From assembly GCA_013239625.1 (NCBI GenBank), contig MU056000.1, positions 14,471,787 to 14,535,786 of the forward strand: 64,000 nt of DNA, in the 5' to 3' direction. The notes under the pieces were generated by a model. It worked only from the letters and a program-made list of their open reading frames with translations. It did not search any database and had not been told where the DNA came from. Positions 1 through 15,004 of the stretch are shown here, in pieces. Position numbers and translations under genes: made by a program. The DNA comes from Lama guanicoe (taxonomy: Eukaryota). Positions within the stretch are counted from its first letter, which is position 1, and the number at the start of each line of letters is the position of its first letter.

Positions 1-254
1 TTTTCTTCTTTATTTGCTTGTTTCATATAGGATGGTGATGACTGGAGGGAAGACTTTTAACATAGTATCTAGATGCTGTGCATGATTTTTTTCTTTCTAT
101 CTTCTTGGATGACAGAGAATATTTTATATTTTGTACATAAGGAACCAATGTCGACCAGTGGGATGAAAATAGAGAAGAAAGAGAAAATCATTAGAGCAGC
201 AAAGTCCTATTGGTTAGAATAGAATCAAATGGAATAGTATAATAATAATACATT

Positions 255-390
255 ATTTCCTTTATAGAGAAGATAAAATTGAAGCTAATATGTAGAATAA
301 TTCAAATTAAGGTAACATACTTATAAATAGAACTATGTCTATCTGATTTCAAAGCCCACTCCTTTTTTTTCCACTACATCATTGTGCCTT
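255..390 (-). mobile_element. MIR-family SINE fragment
   Basis: Reverse MIR-like text 'aaggtaacatac...tctgatttcaaagcccactcc...ttccactacatcattgtgcct'. Confidence 0.5.
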
Positions 391-1694
391 ACATACTCTG
401 TATACCACTTAAAAACTCTCACTTGTGGATAGGTAGAAAATAATTAAAGTAAATAAAATAATTTTGCTGATGTAATAACTGCAAGGAGTTCCAAGAAATT
501 ATGAATGGCCACTATTACGCTCTGTCACAAACATATCTGTCCATAGCACCTGATGTCAATTTGTTTTCAATGGGATAGCTAAATTCTATGAAAATAAAGC
601 AAATGAACCTGGACCAATACTAAGAAAAAAACTAATGCACATATTTAATTATTTGGATTCAAACAATTTACTATATACAGATAATGATTTAAGACTGTGC
701 AAAAGTATATTTTATTTAGAAAAGCAACTAGCAGAATAGAATGTAAATCAGCATCTTTATTGCTGTATTTCTCTTTTCTTTATTTCTATATTTGCATCTC
801 TCTTTCTATATTTGCAACTGCTCTCTACTTATGTAGGTAGGGCTTTTTAACTATAAGCTATTAAGATGTCAGTTACCACCACTCAATGTTTTATTTATGA
901 ATAAATGAAGATATCACTATTTAATGAACAAATATCAGATCCTATTATATACAGTATGTTGTTTATAAAGATTAATACAACATGATCTTCCAGAATCAGA
1001 GCCTTATGTTCTTGTGAGTTTATTATACTGCATTTATAAAGTTGTTCTGATGTTCAAATAACACAAGAGGATAGTATAGTCTATGGTAAAGAAAACATAC
1101 GCTTATAAGGCTGACGCAGATAATATGGGGAAATGAAGTACATTTGGTTTAAGAAACAACATGAATTAATAGAAAAAACAATAAATTGGAGACCTGATTG
1201 CTGACTGAGTGTGCCAGTCATTGCTACTTTCAATTAGTGGATGCAGGGAGACAATGGAAAACCACTATTGCCCAGTCATTGCTATTTCAAGTTTGACGTG
1301 ACATTTAGTTCTTTTACGCGGAATTTCTGAATTCTCAAACCTTGACAAAAAAAAATTAAAACTTAAAAATTACAGTGTAAATCAAACAAAATACATATTT
1401 TATATTTGTTACATATACATTGTTAGTATTTGCTGCTTACCCATTTGGGATATCAGTTCTTTATCATCAATGCTGTCTGTAAATACGTGACTACCATGAT
1501 GGACCCCCAGACATTGGGAACAGAGTTCACCTCAAAGTTATACAGAACAAGTGTTTTAAATCACCTAGCTTGTGGTATTTTATTATGGCAAAGCTTTTAT
1601 TATGGTATTTTATTATAAAGCAAAGGAAATTAGTACACCTATTTCTGATCTGAAACACTTCATGTGTACATGGGGATAAAAGTCACAAATATTA

Positions 1695-3785
1695 TAACTC
1701 AGAATGGTAAAAGACTGAGTGACTTCCCATTAAAATCACTAGCAAGACATGGATGTCTTCACTTTGTTGTTTTAATCAGCATTTCATTATAAGCTCTAGC
1801 TAGTATAATAAGGCAAGTAAAATAAATGAAAGCATCCGTACCAGAAAGGAAGAACTAGAATTGCTTTTATTTGCAAATAACATGATTTTCTATGTGTAAA
1901 AAATAATAGAGTGCTACAGAAACTAGTAAGCAAGTTTAGCAACTCTACAAGAGATAAGATCAATATACAGAAATACATCATATTTGTATACATTAGCTGT
2001 CAACAACTGAAAATTAAATTAAAAAAAATTCAGCATACCATTGACTATAGCAAAATACTTATGGAAAACATGATGAAGATGTGAATGACCTTTACAATAA
2101 AAGCCACAAACATTGCTATGAGAAACTGAAATTCTAACTAAATGGAAACTTATACCATGTTTATGTGTAAGAAGGTTTAACATTTGTAAGATATCAGTTT
2201 TCTCAAATTGATCTATAGATTTAACTAACCAAATTTCCAATAGATTTTGTTTTAGAAATTGACAGAATGATTCTAAAATTTATATGGAAATGCAAAGGAT
2301 CACAAATAGCAAACAACTTTGAAAAGAATACATTTGGAATATAAACACTATCTGTTTCAAATGTTATTATAAAGCTACAGTAAGCAAAACAATATGGGAT
2401 TTACATAGGAAAGCCAAACAGATCTCCGAAATGGGGCAGAGTCCACAGATAGACCTACATATGTAAGGAGAACTGATTTCCAACAAAGGTGCAAAGGCAG
2501 TTCAGTGTAAAAAAAAAAAATGTAGTCTTTTCAACAATTGGTGCTGGAAGAATTGAATATACATATAAAAAGTAGAACTTTGAACCATACCTTGCACAGT
2601 ATACAAAAATTAACTCAAAATGAACTACAAATCTCAAGGTAAAAGTTAAAAGTATAGCATTTCTAGAAGAAAACATAATAGAAAACTTTTGACCTTGGGT
2701 GATATATATACATATGCATGTATCTTAGGTACAGAACTAACAGAACAATCTATAAAAGAACAAATTTGTAGCTTAGACTTCATCAAAATTAAAGACCTCT
2801 CATTAAAAGACCTTAAGATAATAGAAAAAAAAAACTATAGATTTGTAAAAAAAAATATTTGCACAGCAAAAACCTGAAAATGGACTTGTACTCAAATATA
2901 GAAAGATGTGCATAAATTAATAAGAAAACAAAAATCTCAATTTATGGCCAAAAAAATAATGGCCACAAAATGGACATGTCACAATAGTAGATATACAAAT
3001 GGCAAAAAAAAATGTGCCAAGATAAGCAGCATCAATAATCTTTAAGGAAATGCAAATTAAAATCATGATTAGTTATAACCACACACATATCAAAATAACT
3101 AAAATTTGAAAGTCATATGCTGGCATGTTATGAGTGAGGATGTGAAGAAAAAGGAAATCCCATGCACTGCTGTTGAGAAAGCAAAGTAGTAACAATATTT
3201 TGTAAAAATTTTGGACAGTTTCTTAGAAACAGAAATACATTTCTACAACATGATTAAGACACTCCACTCCTAAGCATTAATCCAGGAGAAATGAAAGCAT
3301 ATGTGTACATGGAGACTTGTAAACAACAGCCCAAAACCAGAAAAAACAAACAAACACATCTTCTTAAACAGATAAATGACTACACAAATTGTGTTTTCTC
3401 TATCTATACAATGGAACGTGGTTTAGCAATAAAAATAAATAAACAGCATGGATGAATCACAGAAGAATTATGTTCCATGAAATAAACTAGACCCTCTCCT
3501 CCACCAAAAAAAAACAAACAAACAAACAAACAAACTACTGTAGGATTCCATTTACATAAAATTTTTAGAAGTCAATCAAATGTATAGTAACAGAAATATG
3601 GTCAGTATTTGCCTGGGTCAGAATGAATTGATTACAAAGAGGCTTAGAACCATTTTTTTCATGTTCCTTATCTTGATTAGGATAATAGTTTCATGGATGT
3701 GTGTAAGTATCAAAAAATTAGCAAATGGTAAACTTCAAGTATATGCAGTTTGTAGTATGTTGATTTTGTTTCAGTAAAGCTATTA
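1695..3785 (+). mobile_element. Old L1 (L1MC/MD/ME-type): decayed 3' part of ORF2 plus 3'UTR
   Basis: Collinear L1 motifs: 'aatggtaaaagactga', 'ctagtaagcaagtttagcaa', 'aaattgacagaatgattctaaaatttatatggaaatgcaaagg', 'gtcttttcaacaattggtgctggaa', 'ggaaatgcaaattaaaatca', 'ggattccatttacataaaattt', ending 'tatgcagtttgtagtatg...cagtaaagct'; many stops and frameshifts. Confidence 0.9.
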
Positions 3786-4860
3786 TTAACAAGCAAGAAA
3801 AAATGTGTGCTTTTGCTAGATCAGAATATGAGTATTTTAATGAATGCAAAAGCAAAATATGAATTCCAGTATCTTACAAGAACACTGTTCCAGAAAATAT
3901 ATTTGGGGATGTTACTACTTGGGAGAAAAAAAATTGTTTGGAACTACTTCATTAAACAACGTTAAACATATATATCTTTTTAAATGCAGGTCTGGACATT
4001 TGGTATCCTCTTTTTGCATTGTGATTCTCTGAGAGGACTGTACAGCCTACAATCATCTTCCTAACCTTTTGACTATGGATCATCTTTTTCTTGCCATTAT
4101 TATTATCATTTCCTCAAAGACACTTCCAAGAGACAACGTTTGGAAAGATACCAGGACTCAGCTAATGCTAGCTTATCTAAAGAAAACTGGGTTTACTAAT
4201 AAGTAGTCAACTGTATGGAGCCTGAACAAAAGAAAATGTTAAAGATGTTTTTAGGATTAGGAGTTAGTTTTTCCACAACACTCCTGAGGAGAAACGATGC
4301 TGGGGCCTTAGAATGTATCTTCTATCTGACAGTTACAGGAGATAAGCACTGCTTTCTGCTACTGTCCACTGAGATTAAGTCAATCACTTTCTTGTTCTGA
4401 CTCCATTAAGAATCATTAAGATTAGAATTTGGGTTTATCATAATAGATTTTTAAGAGACAGAAAACATGCTGATTAATCGACATGCATATCGTTTTCCTC
4501 TTCTGTTATCTTTTCCCACTAAAATTGGAAGAAGTTAGGCTACATACTTCTTGTGAGTGATGTCAGTCACTCCACTAAGATCAATCAATTTATGGTCTGT
4601 ACAAAATACTACATTTTGTCAAGCATCTATAACACTTAGTACCAGACCACAAACCGACTTGACCTCATTGACGAATGACTTTCTCTGAGACCTGCTGATT
4701 TCACCCGGGAGTTCTCTTTTTTAACTAACATTTTGAACTAACACCTTTATGACTCCAATTATCAGAGACTAATTATCATAGAATCTCATAATGCAGTGTA
4801 AGAATTAGAAGTCAAGTTGCATTTGGGGCCAGTGAACTCTGTTCTGTTCCGCAGCTAAAC

Positions 4861-4908
4861 GGTGCAGAGTTAATTCTCAAGGATGGTGCAGAGTTAATTC
4901 TCAAGGAT
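4861..4908. repeat. Perfect 24-bp tandem duplication
   Basis: ggtgcagagttaattctcaaggat x2. Confidence 0.95.
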
Positions 4909-7900
4909 AGCGCATGGTTTGTAATACTGTATCGCAGCTCATCTTTATGGGTTACTTGAGAAACTCTACCAAAGGGAAAAAAAAAGCATAAATATTGATA
5001 TATTTTACTTTATGTTTATGAGGTGGTTCATCATAGAAGTTATTTTTTCAAGGCAAAAGTGTTTCTGCATTTTGCCTAGTTATAGTGTAGTTATCTCTTC
5101 TCAAAAAGAGAGAGCCCTTTTTACATTTATTTGGATTACAACACAAATCAAATACAGTTTGCAGACTCCCTTGTAATTAGTGTGTACCAATCTCAATGAT
5201 AACCTAGAACTTTATTTGCTTTACCTTTAGAGTTAAATTTTCTGAAAACTAAACTTCATTATGAAGATGAAGAAAATGTATCTTGTCATTCAATTCTCCA
5301 AGTGAATCAGCATACTTAATGGTATTGTTTTAAAATAATATGATATGAAATTATATCAATATATTTATTTCCCTTTGTATATTTCTGTTTGCTATTTTTG
5401 ACATATACTTTGTATTACCTATCACATACCACATATTGTATTTACCGTTAGAAATAAAGATTTTAATTATGTAACATCTTTATACTGGGGGAGCTCAAAG
5501 TCTAATGAAAGAAACAGGTGTATAAGGAAGGAATTATATGCAATCTTAATAGCTCTGTAATAAAAATATAAATAAGGTGTTTGAGGTCATAGCTCTAAAA
5601 CATCATTGTGTAATTTGCCACTATTGTCAGTTAAACAAGTACCTTATAAATTTAACTCTTGATGTTAACGGGGACAGAGAAGTTCAATATTTAGTTGGGT
5701 CATTTTTTATACATAACAGTAGTAGTTTTTAATAAGCTATACATATTGTGTAGTTACCACTTATAATAGTAGCTAAATAACAATAACTATTTGTATATTT
5801 ATGCTAAACAGAAAATCAATGCTTTCCATTGTGAGAAAAAAAGTGCAATGCACTAGTAATTTAAGTCACCATAGTGTATATTTCAATTGCAAAAAGACTT
5901 AAATGGGTAAAATCGATACATAAAAATAAATTTTGCTACCTGAGTGTATTTCATGTGAGAACAATTAATACTTTTGCTTGATTATTGGTTGAAAAATATT
6001 CAAAATCAGAGTGTGCCTTAACCCTTTTCTAGTGTGCCCTGTGTTAACATAATTGTCCACATCTCCCGTATTTTCATCTGAACATCGGTGACAGCCTTGG
6101 GATCCCTCAGCACACCAGCTTACACAATACTTCCTTCTTCCTGCCTTCATCTCTGGTGACCATGTTCATGATGCAGCTCACTGAAACTGTTAAAGGGAGA
6201 CTGGCTATTCCCCAAACACCACACTACAGAGTCTGTGCACTGAGGATGCTGACTGGATAAAATAAAAACCACTCACACTCATCACAGTGTCTATCGCAAA
6301 CCTGGAAACTGTATGAATTCTACGTAGCTTCTACAGTCTAGACAATAGTTGCCTCTGAGATTTCTCTTCATTTAAGTTGAACACGAGCCTTTCAAAATTA
6401 AATGAGCAACATGTCATCCTGATATTTCATTGCTAATATGGAATATATTTTCATCCAGTTATCTTTTTGAAAACATTTCCTAAGAGTTATTGTGCATGAA
6501 CTACAGTTCTGTGCCTAAGGGGTTGATATCTGCATTAGGCAAAGTAACGCAATTAGAGGTATGATTTTTTTTTCAATTTGTAGAAAATTTCACTAACTTT
6601 ACTCTGAAACATACTTAAAAATAAGTTCAACTTACTTTGCCTATAATCTGTCATTGCCAGATCAGAATTGATCAGTCTCTTGAGTCACACACTTTAGAAT
6701 TTTAGACATATAGAAAAGATCTAAAAATACTTATTCAGATTTGAACTGAAGGGTAAAACTGTGCCTCACTCTCTAAATGTGCCTCTGATTCTAATATTCC
6801 ATTACTTTTCTGTATATTATGTTTTAAAAATAATCTTAACACTTTTCTGCTTTTATTAGAGCCCTAAATATTTTTTAAGTACTGTAAATATCCTAAACAT
6901 ATGCAAATATTAAAAACTCATAGCCTTAGAATTTTGCTGATGTTTACAATGTTTAGATACTTGGATTTTAAACTCAAATAACATACTATTAACACACACA
7001 TATTCACAGGCAGGCATACACACATATTGAATTATTATGAGCAGTTAATAGTATAAAAAATATTCTCTAAATCTGATTGAAAATATTAGCTGATTTGATA
7101 GCTTGCATAAATTTTTCTTAACACTATAGAACAAGGATCAGTCATATGAAACAAATCAGCATGATGACTTCTCTGTATCACATTTAAAATGTAATCAAAT
7201 ATATCATGCATTTCTCATGCCATGAAATAATAGAAGAAAAATGACAATGGTGAAACTGACCTGAACAACATTTGTTTTTGGAAATTTATCCTTGTGCCAG
7301 CAGCTGAAGCCCGGGTAGCAGTTTGTGCATTTGATGTATAAAACGTTGCATAAGCAAGAAAGCATTTCACAAGGTCAGAAATGAAACACATCTGAACCTG
7401 TGTTAACATTCAGCAAAATATACTGCAGATATTGGAATCATTTTTTTCCTCCTATCACTGTGGCTCAGATGTCATGCAACCTACATAGAAAATGATGGCA
7501 TAAATTCCATTTCTTTAAGAATGTACTTTGCAATATAAAAAGAATGAACTGTTACCAGCTCAGATGCAGAATTTCACTGCATTGCATCTTCTCAGATGAC
7601 TTAAATCTTGAACTCTAACAGAAATCATTTCTAAAAATTGAAGCGCGTCTGTGAAAGTGAATGTACAAGTTAAAAATATGGTGATGAAGGGTGAATTGAA
7701 ATCAAACTGCTTTATAGAAAACAAGTCTTTCCCTTCTAAACTCAAGATGAAAAAAAAAAACACAACCTAATGATTCAAATTAATGGGCACTGAGCCATTT
7801 TGTTCCCTCTGAACAGACCTTTTGTTATTCTCTTGCTAAATGTGGCATAACCCCACTCTAATTTCATGACACATAAATTAGTATATCATGATATCAGAAT

Positions 7901-8469
7901 AATTTGGCTACCAAGAAAGAAAACCTAAACAAATGAAAACATAAAGAGTAGAAAGAGGGAAAATGTTTAATTTTATTTTAATAAATCCTTCATTGTGACA
8001 ATAAATGACACACACAGACATTCACTCACACACACCCCTACGTGTACATGCAGATGGTATATTCCTGTATAATTAAAAAACAAATAATATGGATCATATT
8101 TCAGGAAAATGGAAATTTGTAAAATTTTCATGTTTTAAAATGACTACAATTAAGATCTGTTTTGAAAAAATAATTCTCCACATTTCTTAAACTTAATTTT
8201 ACTTTTTCAGAAATGACCCAATTTTTCTCATATTTAACTAGACTTGTTTTTAAAATTGTGATGTTATTTTTCACATTATAATGAGAATTCCATTGAGTAT
8301 CTTGCCATGATACCTGTATCATGTCAAATTTTCTCAACATATTATCTGATCAGTGGCATCAGATCATGTCTGCAATTAATTGATCTCTTTCCTATTCCTA
8401 ATATCCATTTTTGGCTAATCGCTCTTCTGCACTAAATCTATATTTCAGAATTCAATATCTGTATATTAA

Positions 8470-8645
8470 CCCATTTAATATTCTCAACAATCCTTGTTTC
8501 TATCTTACAAATGATAATTATGAGATGAAAATCATAAGTTCGTTATGAGATGTTAACTCATTCCCTCACTGATATACAGTAAGTAGTAATTTGTTGAGCA
8601 ATACCTGAGTTAGAGAAGTCTGGCTCTAAAAGCTCTGTTCTTTGC
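8470..8645 (-). mobile_element. MIR fragment
   Basis: 'atttaatattctcaacaatcc...tatcttacaaatga...gtctggctctaaaagctctgttcttt'. Confidence 0.5.
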
Positions 8646-8837
8646 AGCTACAAATATTGTCGCTATATTTGTGACACTGGCAGTGTCAGCATGTCCTGTG
8701 GCCACTTTGATCTACATAAAAGTTCATAAGCACCTATTATGCCTATGAATTTAAATGTCCACTAAACTAGGTGATAATCTATGAATTTAGTACCAACTTT
8801 GGGACTTTCTAATCATAGGACCACAGTCCACATCTTT

Positions 8838-8965
8838 GTCTCTATGAATCTCAGCATCCTTATTTGTGAAATGAGCATCAAAATACCTAACTTGTTAAGC
8901 CTACTAGTTTGTAGTAACATCAAATGAGATTTAGAAGAAAATATATTTATAAAATTGTGCTAGCA
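8838..8965 (+). mobile_element. MIR fragment (core)
   Basis: 'tctctatgaatctcagcatccttatttgtgaaatgag...tacctaac...atcaaatgagat'. Confidence 0.55.
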
Positions 8966-9343
8966 GCAGTGGTGGTTCAATCAAAGAAGACTCTACAGAC
9001 CAGATACACGTTAACCTATAGATTCAATAAAAATACAACAATGAGCAGGGACATCAGCGAGGAAAAGGCAATGCATTTAAAAGGAATGGGCAAAAAGGAG
9101 TCTGAAGAAAGGGCTACTTAGACAGCTGTTTCTGTTTTCATATTCTCATCACCTAACCCTGTTGTTAATATTACCACTATAACCATAGGACTATTGCAAT
9201 AGACAAATCTAATTCTGAAACTTTAAAGACGATAAAAAAAAAAGGAACATAATTACACAAAGGGAATTCAGGCATCCTGCCTGGCCATTCCCTAAAGACA
9301 GGAAATAACCTTTTCTTTTTTCTCTCTCAACTACATTCTACCC

Positions 9344-9514
9344 CAGTGGTACTCAGAATTATCCTGTTGAAGCAGAAGCACCTGTGAGCACGTCAGGATG
9401 CCATGAACCCTACCTTGACCTACTGAATCAAAACCTGTGGGGATGAGTCCAAGTTAACGATGTTAACAAGGTCTCTCCGTGACTTTTATACACATTAATG
9501 TTTGAAAATGACTG
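9344..9514. mobile_element. MER5-type hAT-Charlie MITE
   Basis: Ends 'cagtggtactca' and 'tttgaaaatgactg' form decayed TIRs; internal 'gacctactgaatcaaaacctgtgggg'. Confidence 0.75.
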
Positions 9515-9654
9515 CTCAACACACAGGCCCAACACCAAAGGAACCATGCTTCTCATGCAGTAGAATCAGTAGTCATGCAGTACAGGCAGGGTGCATGTAG
9601 CTCTCCAGCCGGACATGTGTATGAAGATTCAAGGTGGGGAGAGCAGACATGGCC

Positions 9655-10800
9655 ACATTTATTCAACAGATATTCAAAGTTCTGCTCTAGACATGGACCT
9701 GGGCTGAGTGCTGGGGTCACAGAAGAGAGTGTAGCATAAGCTCTGCCTTTGCCTATCTCAAGAAATTAACAATGATAATGCAGGTTCCCAAATCAAGACA
9801 CCTCCTCAAACCTGGAGGGATTAAAATAAACCCCAAGAAGGTGATATCTGAGCATGATCTTGACAAGCATGCCAGCTGTAAGAGACAATCTAGTGATTAA
9901 TTTTTGACTGGAAAGGCAGCCCAAGCAGAGATAACACATCCAAAGTCATGACAGTGTGAAGAAGTCTGGCTAATTTGGAAAACTATCAGTAGTAGTTCCA
10001 TAGGCAAAAACGAAAAAGCAGATGCAAAAGTTGTGATAGAGGAATTGGAGGTGTGGAATCAGAACTGTGCTGTGTTGTTCATCATTCTGTGAAATGGACT
10101 TGATTCAGTGTCACTTATGAGTCCACCGAGAAATTGCAAAAAGAGTGGCAATGTGCTAAGATTCTAGTTTCAGGAGCAGAATGTAGGATGGATTAGAGGG
10201 CAAGACTTGAATGTAAATGGTCCAATTAAGATGATATTGAAACTGACAAGAGGAATGAAAACACAGTCTTAAACTATGAAAGGAGTGGGAAAAAAGAAGA
10301 AAGTATGGTTTCCAGAAACATTTAGGCATCCCATGAATACAATTTGTACCCTAACAGAAGGCATATTCTTGAAAGGAAACATATTTAGTTTGGAGAATGC
10401 CAAATTCATGTTGCTTGGGAAATAGTGAATCAGAGTTTTTAATTCAGAGGAAAAATTCGGGATTAAAGATATTAATTTGAGAGCCATTAGTAGGTGATAG
10501 CTGATCACATAGGAACTGAAGAGAACTCTCAGATAAATTGACTACTAGGAAGAAAAAGACTGAAACAGACTGAGGAAGGAGAAAATGAAGGAAGATAAAG
10601 TGAATGAGGGATGGTCTTGAGAGTGATGATGGGTAACTAAGTATAGACAGAGTACGTCAAGTTTAAAAAAGGACTGAAAACTGCATTGCATTTGACAATA
10701 TAGAGACCACTGAAGAATCAGTAAAAAAGTCAGTTCAGCAGACCAGAAGCTGAACAAATACTTCAAAAAGTTGAGGAAAAAAAGGAAATCATGTGGCTGT
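9655..10800 (-). mobile_element. L2 LINE fragments
   Basis: 'catttattcaacagatatt...ctgggctgagtgctgggg', 'ggtgatatctgagcatgatcttga', 'gagatattaatttgagagccattag'. Confidence 0.65.
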
Positions 10801-11780
10801 GTAGAAAGGCAGAAATTACAAAGGACATGGATTTGTTTTGTGTTGTTTTTATTCCTTGTGAGGGAATAGCTTTTTAAAGCCTATTTTTTTAAAGGTGGGA
10901 GAATTTTTAAATGGGTTTATTTCATGTCAAAAGGAGGTAGCAGAAAGGCAAAATGTTTCATTTCCAGAAAGAGGAAATAATTAAAGATATAAGGCAAATC
11001 ATCAAAGCATCAAGTTTTGATTTTTCATGACAAGTAGGTCCCCAAAGCAAAACAGTCCAAAGCAATTTGTCAAGGCATCCATCCATTGATCCCAAGCTGC
11101 TTGTATATTATTTATTTTACCACAGGGCAAATTCTTATGTTTTGAACATCTCCTCCGGCCCTCCAGGCTGTTCCAGTCCTACTGCTAACTCGGATTCACC
11201 TCAGTGATGTGACTTCCACTTTCTTGTCATTTCTTGCATAACCTCCTCTTTGCCATGTCATCATTTCCAATCTTTAGAACTCTTTAATTCAGTAACTCTC
11301 TGAAGACCTCAAATGCCCTCTTCAGCTGAAATATACTGAGCCCAGTAGTGAACCTTCTGCAAAGGTTGGAATTAGGAGGCCGATTGATGTAGAAATTATA
11401 TCAGAACATGAATAGAGGCATTGGCTTTTGGCAGAAAATTAGAGGTTTTGGGTTTGTTTGTCTTCATTTAAGTTAGTTGTGACATGAGAGAGAAGAATAA
11501 ATGTGGACAAACTGAGAGACAGTAAATTCTCACCTGACGCTTCAATTTCTGAGACTGGGAAACAATGTTGCTGCTAAATGTAATTGCAATTGAGGAGAGA
11601 AAGTTGCTGAAATACAGAAATAAAGGAGAGAAATGGCTCCAGTCAAAGATGGAGAGAATGATCACCAAGTGCCCAGAATGCTTTATTAAAGTGGCGGTGG
11701 AATTATCTCCAATTTCATTTGCCATTGTTTTTGAAAGGGCTCTATATCATGGTTGTAGATGCTGGGGTGGCCAAGGGCAG

Positions 11781-12260
11781 TTATAATAGTTTCCTAAGGC
11801 TGCCATGACAAAGAGCTACAAACTGGATGGCTTAAAACAACAGACATTTTATTGTCTCGGAGTTCTGGAGCCTGTAAGTCTGAATCAAAGTGTCAGAGGA
11901 TCATGTTTCTCAGAAGGTTCTGGGGAAGAATGTACCCCATGCCTTGCTCTTAGCCCCTGGTACTGCTGGCAGCTCTCGGAATCCCCTGTCTTGTAGGAGC
12001 ATTACTCCATTCTCTGCCTTCATCATCACGTGACATTTTCCCTGTCTGTCTTCACAGCATCTTTCTCCTGTGTGTGTCTGTTTCTGTGTCTCATCTTTAT
12101 TTTTTTATAAGGATATCAGCCATATTGTATTAGGCCTGCTCTATGACCTCATCTAAAACAGATTACATCTGTAAAAACCCCCATTTTCAAATAAGGTAAC
12201 ATTCACAGGTACTGGGGGTTAAGACTTCAGCGTATCTTTTCAGGGGACACAGTGCAATCT
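11781..12260 (-). mobile_element. MLT1C-type MaLR solo LTR
   Basis: 'tagtttcctaaggctgcc...aaactggatggcttaaaacaacagacattttatt...ttataaggatatcagccatattg...aataaggtaacattcacaggtactgggggttaagacttc...ggggacacagtgcaa'; flanked on both sides by 'agggcag' (11774-11780, 12261-12267). Confidence 0.9.
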
Positions 12261-14933
12261 AGGGCAGCTGAAATGATTAAGTCAGAGCCGTGCAAGGTGG
12301 TGGCAGGAAGGGTGCAGATAAAGATGTAAAAAGAAAGCAGTCACTGAAGAATATCTGAAGAGATGTGTGCTGAATGAAGGAAGGAGAATATTACAATATT
12401 CAGAGATAAGAGAGAAAAGAATTGTACAACATTGGAAATAAATTGAATAAGCAAAAATCAGGGTAATTATGTTTCCTGTGGGGTGTTTGAAATTTAAGTT
12501 TCCATGGGAAAAAAATTGATATATTATTCAAAGAGAGAGTAATAAATAAAATTTAAAATACAAGTGTCTTATTGATCAATTTTAGAAAAATATTTGAGCT
12601 ATCTAAGTAAATGAATGAAAATGGTAGTAAATACTGCTTTTGAGCATGACTAAACTTTTTGGAATAATTAACTTATATAAACCACTTCTTTTGATGGATT
12701 TTATATTAGGCAAATATTATATTATAAAATCTGAAGCTCAGTATAGAAAAATCACAGGACATCAAAATCGAAAACAATTAATAGGATAGAAATCATTGTC
12801 AGTTGATTTATGCTGTCTAAAGTTAGATTAAATTTCTTTAATTTACATAATTACATAATGTACACTTTTGAACATTTTCTGTCTATTTTCCCCTAATTAA
12901 GGGCATATAATAGTCCCTCAATAGACATTTTTTAATGAATGTGTACTAATTGTTAGATAATAGCATAGGCAATTAATACACATTTTGAGTCATAGCAAAT
13001 ATCCATTGCATTAGAGGCTTCTATTTACCACCTGTCATATTTTACGTACATGAGTTTTTGGTTGAACAGTGTACAGTTAAGAAAGCACTTCAAGACCATT
13101 TTTGATCTTTTTATCTCCCCATAAAACTGTTTTAACTAATAAAGAAGGAGCTTTACAACCAATAGCTCATAAAAGTTATTATCAAATATTTTTCCATTTT
13201 CCTTGCACATGATTAAGCATCAAAGGTGAATTAATGTATCTTGTTTAGCCATGACAGGAAAGCAATCATGTCCAGCAACCAAGCCCTGTGTCCCACAAAT
13301 ACATACTATTTGCTTTTCAGTGTGGTTTGTAGGTTTTGATTTGATTTCCCCTTAAATGAGAGCTGATAAGACGAGATACTAAGGGACAGTTTTTTTACCC
13401 TACAGCTAGGCATAATGGTAAACATTTATTTGTGTGAGATGAACTATCTCAGTAACAATGAAAGTGGATTATTGATCCTCCCCCCAAAATATATACTGTA
13501 TCACTTAGCTTAATTTAAAGTAGTAATATGCAAATTATGTTGCATGTAACTTCATTTTATTTGCCCTGCTTTTTTTTCCATGCCTGTCAATCTTACCTTG
13601 TTTTAAAATTGTTTTATATACATGTAAGCTGACCCACAGCCTTTTGAAGAATGTGGCTTTAAAATTAAAGAAAATAGTGAAAGTGTTAAATATGTTTAAT
13701 TCATTCCTTCTGTCTCTCAATAGATAGACAGACAGTTAGATGATAGAAAATTACACAGATTTCTTTACAACAAAACTTATTTATAACTATCAAGTGAACA
13801 CACTAACAAAGTCTGTCACCTCAGTTTAGCTGTTATACATGATCAACGTGTAAAACAGTTGAAGTGAACTTTGAACTCTGTGTGGGGGGGCTAATTTTAC
13901 TTGATAATTTTTTTTGTCAGAAGAAAAATATAATTTAAAAAAGAAAATGCTAATATTTTAGATTATCCACTAATTCACGTTGTCAAATTTCTCCACTGTT
14001 AGGACTAAAAAATGGCACGTGCATACTCTGAAATGTATGGGCATTGTATACAATTATATATAATTATTTTAGAACAATAAAAATAGCATCAGTAGAAACA
14101 GCAAGGTGCTTTATAATTTTATTTTGTATCACTTTGTCTATCAAATTCTAGTACCATGGACTGTCAGATCTCTGTGAGGGAGTTACAATATCAGCTTATA
14201 CAAATATGATGGGAATGAACAGCAAAGATTTTGGTTGGAAGGAAGCCACAATAGACAATGAATAAAGAAAGAAAGTAATTTTAAAACACTTTTTCAGTAG
14301 ATTACCAACTACATAAGGATTATAGTGTAAAGTAAATTTTGGAAAAATCTCCAAACACCTCCGATGTATATATTCTTTGAGATTCACAGTAAATTACATT
14401 CTCTACATTTATAATCATACTTGACAGGCGTAGATCAATCTGCTGACAAATTTCTATAATAGATTGTCACTAAATTCACAGTACTCCCACTAAATGTTTT
14501 ATAATAGATTACAATATTACTAAATTATTGTAAAATCAAAGCTGCATCTATGACCTTAAATCAACTTCAGTATAAAATACTATAGGTAAATTAATTTATA
14601 ATTTATAATATTTGCAATACATTATTCTATAAGATATTGTGGCATCCTAAATTCACTTAAACTTTTGTATACATTTTAAGCATGTTGAACCCAGGATAAG
14701 ATTCCAGAAAACATAGTCATTCTCTCCTGGTTTGAGAAAATAATAATAATCTCCCTAAGCTATTTAGACACTTACCATCTTGCTTAAAGATAATGAGATA
14801 AATGAATAAAGAAACTCTTCAAATTATTAACGCAAACTCATAAATCTATATAAAAACAAGTTTGTTTTATGTAAGTATTCATTATTAATCATATACATGT
14901 ATTATATATATATATCTCAAAATGGATAGAGAC

Positions 14934-14935
14934 AG

Positions 14936-15004
<69 letters not shown>

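Noticed and set aside
3975..4070. Acceptor-like 'tttttaaatgcag|GTCTGG' exon
   Set aside because: No good donor, early stops, peptide unrecognised.
6000..8400. Apparently repeat-free stretch as conserved element or ncRNA
   Set aside because: Conservation cannot be judged from one sequence, and no RNA-family motif was seen.
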